From Chromatiales bacterium (lineage in GTDB: Bacteria; Pseudomonadota; Gammaproteobacteria; Ectothiorhodospirales; Ectothiorhodospiraceae): DNA of 64,000 nucleotides. A program made the position numbers and the translations under genes. Positions 56,158 to 64,000 of this stretch are shown in pieces. Location: contig JAQVJI010000001.1 in assembly GCA_028695255.1 (NCBI GenBank), positions 4,840 to 68,839 on the forward strand, in the 5' to 3' direction. Position 1 is the stretch's first letter, and each line of letters begins with the position of its first letter. The notes under the pieces are model-generated. The model was not told the DNA's origin. It ran no database searches and saw nothing but the letters and a program-made list of their open reading frames with translations.

Positions 56158-57570
56158 CTACAGCGTCGCCGAGGCGTAGTCCGCCAGCCGTGAGCGCTCG
56201 CCGCGTTGCAGCGTGATGTGGCCGCTGTGTTCCCACTGCTTGAAGCGGTCGACGACGTAGGTCAGGCCGGAGGTGGTCTCGGTGAGATAGGGCGTGTCGA
56301 TCTGCGCCACGTTGCCGAGACAGACCACCTTGGTGCCGGGTCCGGCGCGCGTGATGAGCGTCTTCATCTGCTTCGAGGTCAGGTTCTGCGCCTCGTCGAG
56401 GATGATGAAACGGTTGAGGAAGGTGCGCCCGCGCATGAAGTTGAGCGAGCGGATCTTGATGCGGTTGCGCAGCAGGTCGTTGGTCGCCATGCGGCCCCAG
56501 TCGCCGCCGACCTCGGACTTGGTGAGCACTTCCAGATTGTCCATCAGCGCGCCCATCCAGGGCGTCATCTTTTCTTCCTCGGTGCCGGGCAGGAAACCGA
56601 TGTCCTCGCCCACCGGCACCGTCACGCGCGTCATGATGATTTCCTTGTAGATGTTCTCCTCCAGCGTCTGCGCGAGCCCGGCCGCGAGCGTCAGCAGCGT
56701 CTTGCCGGTGCCGGCGGCGCCGACCAGCGAGACGAAGTCGACCTGCGGGTCCATCAGCAGGTTGAGGGCGAAGCTCTGTTCGCGGTTGCGCGCGTTGATG
56801 CCCCAGACGGTATGGCGCGGATTGATGTAGTCGATGGCCATCTCGATGACCGCGCTGCCGTTCTCCAGATGTCGCACCAGGGCGGAGAAGGGCGTCTCGC
56901 CGCCGAGGTGCAGCAGCTGGTTGGGGTACCACTGCGCGACCATCGGGCCGGTGACGCGGTAGAAGGTGCGGCCGCTTTCCTGCCAGGACTCCATTTCCTT
57001 GCCGTGGCTGTCCCAGAAATCGGCCGGCAGTTCGCTCATGCCGCTGAACAGCAGCGTGACGTCGTCCAGCACCTGATCGTTGTAGTAGTCCTCGGCGTGG
57101 ATGCCCAGCACCGCCGCCTTGATGCGCAGGTTGATGTCCTTCGACACCAGCGTGACGTCGATGTCCGGCCGTTCCTGCTGGAGCGCGAGCGCGGTGCCGA
57201 GGATGGTGTTGTCGGGCGTGTTGCCGGGCAGCGACTGCGGCAGGTGCGCCGGCATCACGCGGGTCTGGAAGAACAGCTTGCCGCTGCTGCCGAACTGCGA
57301 GTCGGTGAGGCCGGAACTGATGATCGGCAGGCCGCGCGCGATCTCCTCGTGGCTGGCGTCGCTCATCAGTTCGTCGACGAAGCGACTGACCTGACGCGCG
57401 TTGCGCGCGACTTCGGACACGCCCTTCTTGCCGCGGTCGAGTTCTTCCAGCACCACCATCGGCAGGAAGATGTCGTGCTCCTGGAAGCGGAACAGGGCGG
57501 TGGGGTCGTGCATCAGCACGTTGGTGTCGAGGACGAACAGACGTTTGCCGCGGATGTCTTTTTTGACCAT
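56158..57570 (-). CDS. PIN-domain / PhoH-like ATPase fusion protein (PhoH2/YlaK type)
   Basis: ATG 57570. The N-terminal PIN is LFVLDTNVLMHDP...FLPMVVLEELD. The PhoH NTPase has Walker A LVGAAGTGKTLL and Walker B FIILDEAQN. 470 aa. Confidence 0.88.
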   Translation of the reverse strand: MVKKDIRGKRLFVLDTNVLMHDPTALFRFQEHDIFLPMVVLEELDRGKKGVSEVARNARQVSRFVDELMSDASHEEIARGLPIISSGLTDSQFGSSGKLFFQTRVMPAHLPQSLPGNTPDNTILGTALALQQERPDIDVTLVSKDINLRIKAAVLGIHAEDYYNDQVLDDVTLLFSGMSELPADFWDSHGKEMESWQESGRTFYRVTGPMVAQWYPNQLLHLGGETPFSALVRHLENGSAVIEMAIDYINPRHTVWGINARNREQSFALNLLMDPQVDFVSLVGAAGTGKTLLTLAAGLAQTLEENIYKEIIMTRVTVPVGEDIGFLPGTEEEKMTPWMGALMDNLEVLTKSEVGGDWGRMATNDLLRNRIKIRSLNFMRGRTFLNRFIILDEAQNLTSKQMKTLITRAGPGTKVVCLGNVAQIDTPYLTETTSGLTYVVDRFKQWEHSGHITLQRGERSRLADYASATL

Positions 57571-57679
57571 GCGCTTGCCTCGGTTCAGGTGGTCGGGTGT
57601 GGTGTGGGTCGCCCGGCATGTCGATGGCCGCTGCGACGGGGAAAATCCGGGATGGGGCGGGGATCGTGCCTGCCGGTCG

Positions 57680-57948
57680 CTAGTGTCCTGAATCGGAGAT
57701 TCGCAGTATTTCAGCGTGCCTGTCCGGGTGCCCGGCAAGGCGCTTGAGCGAAGGACGGGTGGTTCCCATGCGAGCGAAAGCAACGCCGCTGGGCGCCCGG
57801 ACAGGCGCGCCCGCAGGGAGCCCCGCACAAGGTCCAATACGGCGTTGCGCTCCTTGACAAGGACTCGGCCATTGCCTGCGGAGCGCGCCTTGTCTTGGAC
57901 CTTGTGCGGGGCTCTGAAACACTGCGAATCTCCGATTCAGGACACTAG
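57680..57948. mobile_element. 269-bp MITE-like element with 35-bp terminal inverted repeats (34/35) flanked by CTAG/TA
   Basis: CTAGTGTCCTGAATCGGAGATTCGCAGTATTTCAG (57680-57714) matches the reverse complement of 57914-57948 with one mismatch. Internal perfect stems: 57719-28/57796-805 and 57818-37/57895-914. No credible ORF inside. Confidence 0.7.
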
Positions 57949-58043
57949 GTTGCCGGCGTGGGGGTGGAAGCTTGGGTGGGCGGTAGGAATCAAGGTCCGT
58001 TCGCGCGGTGGGTTAGCGGGGCCGTCGCCGGATGGCGGTTTGG

Positions 58044-58514
58044 TCAGAGTGCCTTGAGTGCATCCAGGACCTCCTCGGCATGACCGGCGACCTTGACCTT
58101 GCGCCATTCGCGGCGCAGGACGCCGTCCCTGTCGATCAGAAAGGTGCTGCGTTCGATGCCGCGCACCTGTTTACCGTACATGTTTTTCAGTTTGATGACG
58201 TCGAACAGCGTGCAGACGCTTTCGTCCACGTCCGACAGCAGGTCGAAGGCGAAGCCGTACTTGGCCTTGAAGCGTTCATGCGAGGCGATGCTGTCGCGCG
58301 AGATGCCGAGCACGACCGCGTCCTTGCGCGCGAGTCTGGCATGCAGTTCGTTGAAGTCGCGACCCTCGGTGGTGCAGCCGGGCGTGTCGTCCTTCGGATA
58401 GAAATACAGGACGACGTGCTTCCTGCCGCGGAAATCCGACAGGCGGATGCCCTTGTCGCCGGTGGCCGGCAGTTCGAAGTCGGGGACCGTCTGGCCGATT
58501 TCGATCGCCGTCAC
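58044..58514 (-). CDS. bcp: thioredoxin-dependent peroxiredoxin Bcp
   Basis: GTG 58514, 4 nt after the gcvR stop. VTAIEIGQTVPDFELPATGDKGIRLSDFRGRKHVVLYFYPKDDTPGCTTE... carries the PxxxTxxC peroxidatic motif. 156 aa. Confidence 0.92.
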   Translation of the reverse strand: MTAIEIGQTVPDFELPATGDKGIRLSDFRGRKHVVLYFYPKDDTPGCTTEGRDFNELHARLARKDAVVLGISRDSIASHERFKAKYGFAFDLLSDVDESVCTLFDVIKLKNMYGKQVRGIERSTFLIDRDGVLRREWRKVKVAGHAEEVLDALKAL

Positions 58515-58518
58515 GCGC

Positions 58519-59049
58519 TCAGCCCTTGATGGGTTCGATGACGCCGTCGAGGTTGAGGGCGTCGCAGAAATCGAGGAAGTCCTCGCGCAGGCTCGCGATG
58601 TGCACGTCGGCCGGGATCTCGACCGTGATGTGGGCGGAGAACATCGGCGTCGCCGTGTGCGCGGCGCTGTAGGCGGCGGTCGACATCTCCTGGATGTTGA
58701 TGCCGCGGGCGGAGAAGAAGCCGGCGAGCTGATGCACGATGCCCGGCTGGTCGAGCGCGACCACGTCCACCGAATAGGGCAGAAAGCGCCCTTCGGTGCG
58801 GCGCGGGCCGGTGCGCCGGGTGTGGATGTCCAGCCCGTGCTGGCGTTGCAGGGTGGCGAGCGAACTGTCCAGTTTGCCGAGCGTGCTCCAGTTGCCGGTG
58901 ACCAGCATGATGACGGCAAACGTGCCGCCCAGCACCGACATGCGGCTGTCCTCGATGTTGCAGCCGCTGTCGAGGATGGTCTTGGACAGGCCTTCGACGA
59001 TGCCGGGATGGTCTTCGCCGATGGCCGAAATGACGAGGTGGGTGCTCAT
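58519..59049 (-). CDS. gcvR: glycine cleavage system transcriptional repressor-like tandem ACT-domain protein
   Basis: ATG 59049. MSTHLVISAIGEDHPGIVEGLSKTILDSGCNIEDSRMSVLGG... with a second ACT at VALDQPGIVHQLAGFF... The arrangement gcvR-bcp divergent from dapA matches E. coli and Pseudomonas. Confidence 0.85.
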   Translation of the reverse strand: MSTHLVISAIGEDHPGIVEGLSKTILDSGCNIEDSRMSVLGGTFAVIMLVTGNWSTLGKLDSSLATLQRQHGLDIHTRRTGPRRTEGRFLPYSVDVVALDQPGIVHQLAGFFSARGINIQEMSTAAYSAAHTATPMFSAHITVEIPADVHIASLREDFLDFCDALNLDGVIEPIKG

Positions 59050-59236
59050 GGCGTGGCGTGGTCGCTGGTTCGGCTGGCAGGGGTTGGAGGTCGGCTGAAA
59101 GAGTATCAGGTCAGGGGCAGGCTTGCCTATGGATCGCCTGCGGATGGCCCGGCGAACCTCAACATGGCCGCGCGCTCGCTTGTCACGGCAGGGCCGGCTA
59201 AGTACCATGGCGCCTTGCATTTTTCCGGAGGTGGCG

Positions 59237-60115
59237 ATGTTTCACGGTAGCATGGTGGCCCTGGTGACGCCGATGCAGCCCGATGGGGCGCTGGACGAGG
59301 AGGGCTTGGCCCGTCTGGTCGAGTTCCACGTCGACAAGGGCACGGACGCGCTGGTGGTCGTCGGTACGACCGGCGAATCCGCCACGGTCGACTTCGACGA
59401 ACACTGCCACATCATCCGCCGTTCGGTCGAACTCGCCGCCGGTCGCCTGCCGGTCATCGCCGGCACCGGCGCCAACTCCACCACCGAGGCGATCCAGCTC
59501 ACGCGCTGTGCCATGGAAGCCGGCGCCGACGCCTGCCTGCTGGTGACGCCTTATTACAACAAGCCGACGCAGGAAGGCCTGTATCTGCACTACAAGGCCG
59601 TTGCCGAAGCGGTGGCGATTCCGCAGATTCTCTACAACGTGCCGGGCCGTACCGCGGTCGATCTCAAGACCGAGACGGTCGAGCGCCTGGCCGGCATTTC
59701 GAACATCGTCGGCCTCAAGGATGCCACCGGCGATCTGGAACGCGCGCGCGAACTGATCGCCCGCTGCGGCGGTCGTCTGGACCTGTTCAGTGGCGACGAT
59801 GCGACGGCGATGGAATTTCTGCTGCTCGGCGGCAAGGGCGTCATCTCGGTGACCGCCAATGTGCTGCCGGCGGAGATGCATGCGATCTGCGAAGCCGCGG
59901 CCGTCAGCGATCGCGCGACGGCGGAGGCGATCAACCGCCGCATCGATCCGATGCACCACGCGCTGTTTCTCGAATCCAACCCGATTCCGGTCAAATGGGC
60001 CCTGCATGAGATGGGGTTGATCGGAACCGGTATCCGGTTGCCGTTGACGCCCCTGTCGGAACCGATGCGCGAGCCCTTGCGGGCGGCGATGCGTCAGGCC
60101 GGCATTCACTTCTAA
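59237..60115 (+). CDS. dapA: 4-hydroxy-tetrahydrodipicolinate synthase
   Basis: ATG 59237. [51 protein letters not shown]...YNVPGRT...; DapA signatures. Confidence 0.96.
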   Translation: MFHGSMVALVTPMQPDGALDEEGLARLVEFHVDKGTDALVVVGTTGESATVDFDEHCHIIRRSVELAAGRLPVIAGTGANSTTEAIQLTRCAMEAGADACLLVTPYYNKPTQEGLYLHYKAVAEAVAIPQILYNVPGRTAVDLKTETVERLAGISNIVGLKDATGDLERARELIARCGGRLDLFSGDDATAMEFLLLGGKGVISVTANVLPAEMHAICEAAAVSDRATAEAINRRIDPMHHALFLESNPIPVKWALHEMGLIGTGIRLPLTPLSEPMREPLRAAMRQAGIHF

Positions 60116-60139
60116 CCGTCCACCCGACCAGCGAAGGCC

Positions 60140-61252
60140 ATGATGTCGAACCCCCGTTTCAAGGCCCTGATGGGCTGTGCCGTTCTGACCGCCCTCGTGG
60201 GCTGCTCGACACTGGAGAACGCCGTCGGCGATCGCCGGCCCGACTACCGCGGTGCGCGGACCACGCCGACGCTGGAGATCCCGCCCGACCTGACCGGACC
60301 GGAGATGGACGAAACCTACACCGTGCCGGCGCGCGACGTACCCGCGAGCGCGGTGGACGCGGCCCGGCGCGCACCTGCGGTCGGTACCGGCGCGGTTGCG
60401 GCCAGCGGCGTATTGCCAAGTTACGAAGGCATGCAGTTGCGGCGCGAGGGCGACGTGCGTTGGATCGAGTTCACGGACGCCACGCCGGAACAACTGTGGC
60501 CGAAGCTGCGTGACTTCTGGCGCACGCAGGAGATCGAGATCCTGCGCGACGATCCGGCCGTCGGCGTGATGGAGACCGAGTGGGTCGAGAATCGCGCCGG
60601 CATCCCGGTGGACGGCATCCGCCGCGTCATCGGTCGCGTGTTCGATCGCCTGTACGACGCCGGCACGCGCGACAAATTCCGCCTGCGCGTCGAGCGTGAG
60701 AACGGACGCACCAACGTCTATCTGGTGCACCGTGGCGCCGAGGAAATGATCGAGGGCGAGACGGTCGCGCGCTGGGTCATGCGCCCGTCCGATCCCGAAC
60801 TCGAGGCCGAAATGCTGAGCCGCCTGCTGGTGTTCCTCGGCCGTTCGGAGGGCGAGGCCGAAAGCATGCTGGCCGCCAGTGGCGACAGCGCCGTTACCGC
60901 CGAAATCGTCGAGAGCGATGGTCGCCCCGCGTTGCGGGTGAACCAGCCGCTGAACCAATCGTGGCGTCGCGTCGGCGTGGCGCTCGATCGCGCCTCGCTC
61001 GCGGTGGACGAACAGCGTCGCGACGACGGCGTCTATTTCGTCACTTATCACGGCGAGTATCAGGCGCAGAGTGGCCTGATGGGGCGTCTGTTCGGTGTCG
61101 GCGGTCGTCTGCGGGAAGACGCGCGGTATCAGATCCACCTGATCGAGCGCGGCGACGTCACCGAGATCGTCGTCTACACGCATGGCGGTGATGCGCCGCC
61201 GGCCGGCGAGGCGCGTCTGGTGCTGGAACGCCTGAAAACCGAGCTCCGCTGA
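60140..61252 (+). CDS. bamC: outer membrane protein assembly factor BamC (NlpB lipoprotein)
   Basis: Lipobox LTALVGCS, a conserved N-terminal LEIPPDLT segment, 370 aa, directly after dapA as in E. coli. Confidence 0.85.
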   Translation: MMSNPRFKALMGCAVLTALVGCSTLENAVGDRRPDYRGARTTPTLEIPPDLTGPEMDETYTVPARDVPASAVDAARRAPAVGTGAVAASGVLPSYEGMQLRREGDVRWIEFTDATPEQLWPKLRDFWRTQEIEILRDDPAVGVMETEWVENRAGIPVDGIRRVIGRVFDRLYDAGTRDKFRLRVERENGRTNVYLVHRGAEEMIEGETVARWVMRPSDPELEAEMLSRLLVFLGRSEGEAESMLAASGDSAVTAEIVESDGRPALRVNQPLNQSWRRVGVALDRASLAVDEQRRDDGVYFVTYHGEYQAQSGLMGRLFGVGGRLREDARYQIHLIERGDVTEIVVYTHGGDAPPAGEARLVLERLKTELR

Positions 61253-61274
61253 AGACGGTCGCCGAACCGGGCCC

Positions 61275-62066
61275 GTGCGCTTCGCCTCGCTCGGCAGCGG
61301 CAGCAGCGGCAATGCGCTCCTGATCGAGACGGGTGGAACCCGCGTCCTGGTGGACTGCGGGTTTTCGCTGGCCGAACTCGAGCGCAGACTGTTGCGGCTC
61401 GGCTGCGAACCTGCCAGCCTCGACGCGGTGCTGGTGACGCACGAGCACAACGACCACATCGGCTGCGCCTCGCTGCTGTCGCGCCGTCACCGTCTGCCGG
61501 TATGGATGACGGTCGGCACCTTCAACGCCTTGTGCGAGCGCGGCGCACGCAACGGTGTTTCGGGCGAGCCGTCGTTCCATGCCGTCGAGACCTTCCACGC
61601 GCACGACGCCTTCGCCCTCGACGGGCTGAACGTCGAACCCTATCCCGTCCCTCACGACGCACGCGAGCCGAGCCAGTTCGTGTTCGGTGACGGTGTGCGC
61701 CGTATCGGCCTGCTGACCGATACCGGTCACATCACCCCGCATATCGAACGCATGCTCACGGCCTGCGATGCGCTGCTGGTCGAATGCAACCACGACAGCG
61801 CACTGCTCGCCGCCGGCCCCTATCCGCAGGCGCTCAAGGCGCGCGTCGGCGGGCGCTTCGGCCATCTCTCCAACGCACAGACGGCCGAGCTGCTGGCACG
61901 TCTGGACCTGTCGCGGCTGCAACACATCGCCGCGCTGCATCTGAGCGACACCAACAATCGGCCCGATCTGGCGGCCGCTGCCGTGTCCGCAGCACTCGGC
62001 TGCGAACCGGACTGGGTCACGGTCGCCGACCAGACCGACGGTTTCGGCTGGCGCGATCTGGCCTGA
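61275..62066 (+). CDS. MBL-fold metallo-hydrolase
   Basis: GTG start. ...LLIETGGTRVLVDCGFS...VLVTHEHNDHIG (HxHxDH motif) ...HLS... The position after bamC matches recalled Pseudomonas synteny. Confidence 0.85.
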   Translation: MRFASLGSGSSGNALLIETGGTRVLVDCGFSLAELERRLLRLGCEPASLDAVLVTHEHNDHIGCASLLSRRHRLPVWMTVGTFNALCERGARNGVSGEPSFHAVETFHAHDAFALDGLNVEPYPVPHDAREPSQFVFGDGVRRIGLLTDTGHITPHIERMLTACDALLVECNHDSALLAAGPYPQALKARVGGRFGHLSNAQTAELLARLDLSRLQHIAALHLSDTNNRPDLAAAAVSAALGCEPDWVTVADQTDGFGWRDLA

Positions 62067-62209
62067 GGGGGTGTTTGGAAAATGAACCGTACCGGACATG
62101 CGTCACCCGCCATATGCACGCTTTCCGGCTCCGGCATGTCCGACTACCGTCGGTACGCCTTTTCGCCCGGCCGTTGCCGCGCGAACTCCGAAGACGGTTC
62201 GACGAGGCC

Positions 62210-62410
62210 GGGCGAGTTACTTTCTTTGCTTGTCCAAAGAAAGTAACCAAAGAAAGGACACCCCACGGGACCGCCCTTCGGGCAAGCCCTGGCCTGACCT
62301 GCTCCGGCCGGGCCGTTCCGACGCGACTTCCTGTCGCGGCGGAACTGAATGGGCCATCCGTGGCCCATTCGCCCGGCCTCCACAGGCCAGTCCAGGGCGG
62401 TCCCAAGGGG
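62210..62410. repeat. highly structured repeat-like element of about 200 bp (nested hairpins)
   Basis: Three stems: GTTACTTTCTTTG-CTTGTC-CAAAGAAAGTAAC (62216-47), GAATGGGCCA-TCCG-TGGCCCATTC (62347-70), and the closing pair GGGACCGCCC (62267-76) / GGGCGGTCCC (62395-404). The GTTACTTTCTTTG...CAAAGAAAGTAACCAAAGAAAGG word looks like an intergenic repeat I have seen in other Gammaproteobacteria. Confidence 0.55.
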
Positions 62411-62563
62411 GATTGGCCCTTCGTTCAGTCTGCTGCCGAGCTACTGGCTAAAAGCGGTGACGGTTTTGTAAACATCCTACGAGATGGACAGGCGACGGAC
62501 TTCGCTGCCAGAATCGATATCTTTCAATGCAACACGCATCCGGCGAGGCCCCGCTCTCAAGCC

Positions 62564-63190
62564 ATGACCTCCGTTCCCCAGCAGGCGTCAAGGCAGACGG
62601 TCGGCTATACACTGAACGGAAATCGCTACCTCAACGTCACCAGCCGCTGTACGCTGCGCTGCGCGTTCTGCCCCAAGTTCCATCGCGAGTGGACGGTGCG
62701 CGGCCATGCGCTGCGCCTGTACCAGGACCCGGCGGTGGAGGAGATGGTGGCTGCGGCGGGCGATCCGCGCGAGTATGACGCGGTGGTTTTCTGCGGACTC
62801 GGCGAGCCACTGCTGCGCCTGGGTGCCGTGATCGAGACCGCACGACGTCTGCGCGACAAGGGCGCGACGCGCATCCGCATCAATACCGACGGCCTGGCCA
62901 GTCTGATTCACGGCGAGGACGTCACGCCGCGTCTCGCCGGCCTGATCGACGCGCTCTCCATCTCGCTCAATGCGCAGGACGCGGCGACCTACGCACGCCA
63001 CTGCCGGCCGACGCGGGGGGGCAGCTTCGAGGCGGTGCTCGATTTCGCGCGCAAGGCGCGCGAGCACGTGCCCGAGGTGGCGCTGACCGCGATCGATGGT
63101 CTGGAGGGCGTCGACATCGCCGCCTGCGAGGCGATCGCCCGCGATCTCGGGGTCGGTTTCCGCCGCCGGGTGCTCGACGTCGTCGGCTAG
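62564..63190 (+). CDS. small radical SAM protein (TatD-associated type)
   Basis: ATG 62564 within the track ORF. NVTSRCTLRCAFCPK carries the CxxxCxxC cluster. ...VFCGLGEPLLR...IRINTDGL...SISLNA... 208 aa. Confidence 0.75.
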   Translation: MTSVPQQASRQTVGYTLNGNRYLNVTSRCTLRCAFCPKFHREWTVRGHALRLYQDPAVEEMVAAAGDPREYDAVVFCGLGEPLLRLGAVIETARRLRDKGATRIRINTDGLASLIHGEDVTPRLAGLIDALSISLNAQDAATYARHCRPTRGGSFEAVLDFARKAREHVPEVALTAIDGLEGVDIAACEAIARDLGVGFRRRVLDVVG

Positions 63191-63201
63191 TCGGGTTTCG
63201 A

Positions 63202-64000
63202 GTGGCACTGACCGACTACATCAACACGATGGGCCGTCATCTGCGTGCGCGCCACGGCGAACGCGTGCACAAGCTGTGCGTGAGCGCCGGTTTCGTGTGT
63301 CCGAACATGGACGGCAGCAAAGGGCGCGGCGGCTGCACCTTTTGCAACAATGCGAGCTTCGCACCGCAGGGGCAGGATGGCGGCGAGGTCGCCCGCCAGC
63401 TCGCGGCCGGTCGCGCGGTAATCGCAAAGCGCACCGGCGCACGGCGCTACCTCGCCTATTTTCAGGCCTATACGAATACGCACGCCGAGCTGTCGCGCCT
63501 GCGTGCGCTGTACGACGAGGCGCTCGCCCAGCCCGGCGTGGTCGGCCTGTCGATCGGCACGCGGCCCGACTGCGTGCCCGAGCCGGTGCTCGATCTGCTT
63601 GCTGACTATCGCGACCGCGGGCACGACGTATGGCTCGAACTCGGCCTGCAATCGGCCTTCGACGAGACGCTCGCGCGCGTCAACCGCTGCCACGACTTCG
63701 CCGAATACCATGACGCCGTGACCCGGGCGCGCCGCCGCGGACTGTCGGTGTGCACGCATCTGATCGCAGGCCTGCCGGGCGAGACCGACTGGCATGCACG
63801 CGAGACGCTCACGCGGGTACTCGATCTCGGGACCGACGGCCTCAAACTGCATCCGCTGCACGTCGTGCGCGGCACGCAGCTCGCGAAGGACTGGCAGCGC
63901 GGCGGCTATCGGCCCTGGACCATGCAGGAATACGTCGCCACCGCCGCCGACCTGATCGCAATGACGCCGCCCGCCGTCGTCTATCACCGCCTCACCGCCA
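63202..64000 (+). CDS. TIGR01212/YhcC-type radical SAM protein, 5' part (3' end outside window)
   Basis: Absent from the ORF track because there is no stop in the window. From GTG 63202 it reads VALTDYINTMGRHLRARHGERVHKLCVSAGFVCPNMDGSKGRGGCTFCNNASF...GLQSAFDETL...GLPGET.... This is collinear with E. coli YhcC as I recall it. An alternative ATG lies at 63229. Confidence 0.8.
   Translation, partial: MALTDYINTMGRHLRARHGERVHKLCVSAGFVCPNMDGSKGRGGCTFCNNASFAPQGQDGGEVARQLAAGRAVIAKRTGARRYLAYFQAYTNTHAELSRLRALYDEALAQPGVVGLSIGTRPDCVPEPVLDLLADYRDRGHDVWLELGLQSAFDETLARVNRCHDFAEYHDAVTRARRRGLSVCTHLIAGLPGETDWHARETLTRVLDLGTDGLKLHPLHVVRGTQLAKDWQRGGYRPWTMQEYVATAADLIAMTPPAVVYHRLTA

Noticed and set aside
57680-58057. 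ORFs 57680..57922 (-) and 57716..58057 (+) inside the MITE-like element, and the idea that the element is a retron msr/msd or other RT-associated ncRNA
   Set aside because: The ORFs overlap each other and read through the repeats. No reverse transcriptase or any other enzyme gene is adjacent, so a retron reading has no support. MITE or structured spacer is the simpler reading.
62067-62563. Possible tRNA, tmRNA or other classical RNA gene in the large gap, for example GGTTCGACGAGG at about 62197
   Set aside because: I could not fold a cloverleaf with a proper acceptor stem, a T-loop (GTTCGAATC-type) and an anticodon arm. No RNase P, 6S or SRP hallmarks were recognised by eye.
61784-62563. N-terminal 260 aa of track ORF 61784..63190, including the sequence ...FFACPKKVTKERTPHG...
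   Set aside because: This is translation of the MBL gene 3' end in another frame plus the repeat element. The radical SAM protein has a sensible start at ATG 62564.

Overview
Visibly GC-rich gammaproteobacterial chromosome segment, mostly core genes in Pseudomonas-like local synteny. Content in order: the distal S10/spc/alpha ribosomal cluster (rpmC 3' end through rplQ, with secY, rpmJ and rpoA); a three-gene islet (SAM hydrolase-like, TlpA-type thioredoxin fusion, CPBP protease); aroC; an MFS transporter; LysR/leuC-leuD-leuB-asd-fimV-truA-trpF; a DUF455 gene plus a glycine-rich triple-repeat outer-membrane-like gene; a PrpE-like acyl-CoA ligase. Next comes a form IA RuBisCO operon cbbL-cbbS-cbbQ-cbbO, with no carboxysome genes and no divergent cbbR, lying directly downstream of purM-purN-DUF3108. 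Then the purM-divergent block DUF2066/CDP-alcohol transferase/AI-2E/hda; DUF2069-wrbA-arsC; acyP; HDOD; proS; an MFP+RND efflux pair; a LysR; a second AI-2E transporter; a SulP transporter with a large insertion; PIN-PhoH; gcvR-bcp divergent from dapA-bamC-MBL; and two adjacent radical SAM genes. I saw no rRNA, tRNA, CRISPR array, integrase, transposase, phage gene or recognisable defence gene. The unexplained structure is mostly non-coding. It comprises two MITE-like elements with long terminal inverted repeats flanked by CTAG, a highly structured about 200-bp repeat, and two families of REP-like palindromes punctuating the leu and cbb operons. I found no convincing multi-gene novel system. 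The best coding candidates are the DUF455 plus triple-repeat OMP pair, the SAM-hydrolase/TlpA-fusion/CPBP islet and the SulP insertion. All family names come from reading motifs by eye and from memory, not from searches. Many very long ORFs in the supplied track are antisense or out-of-frame GC artefacts.
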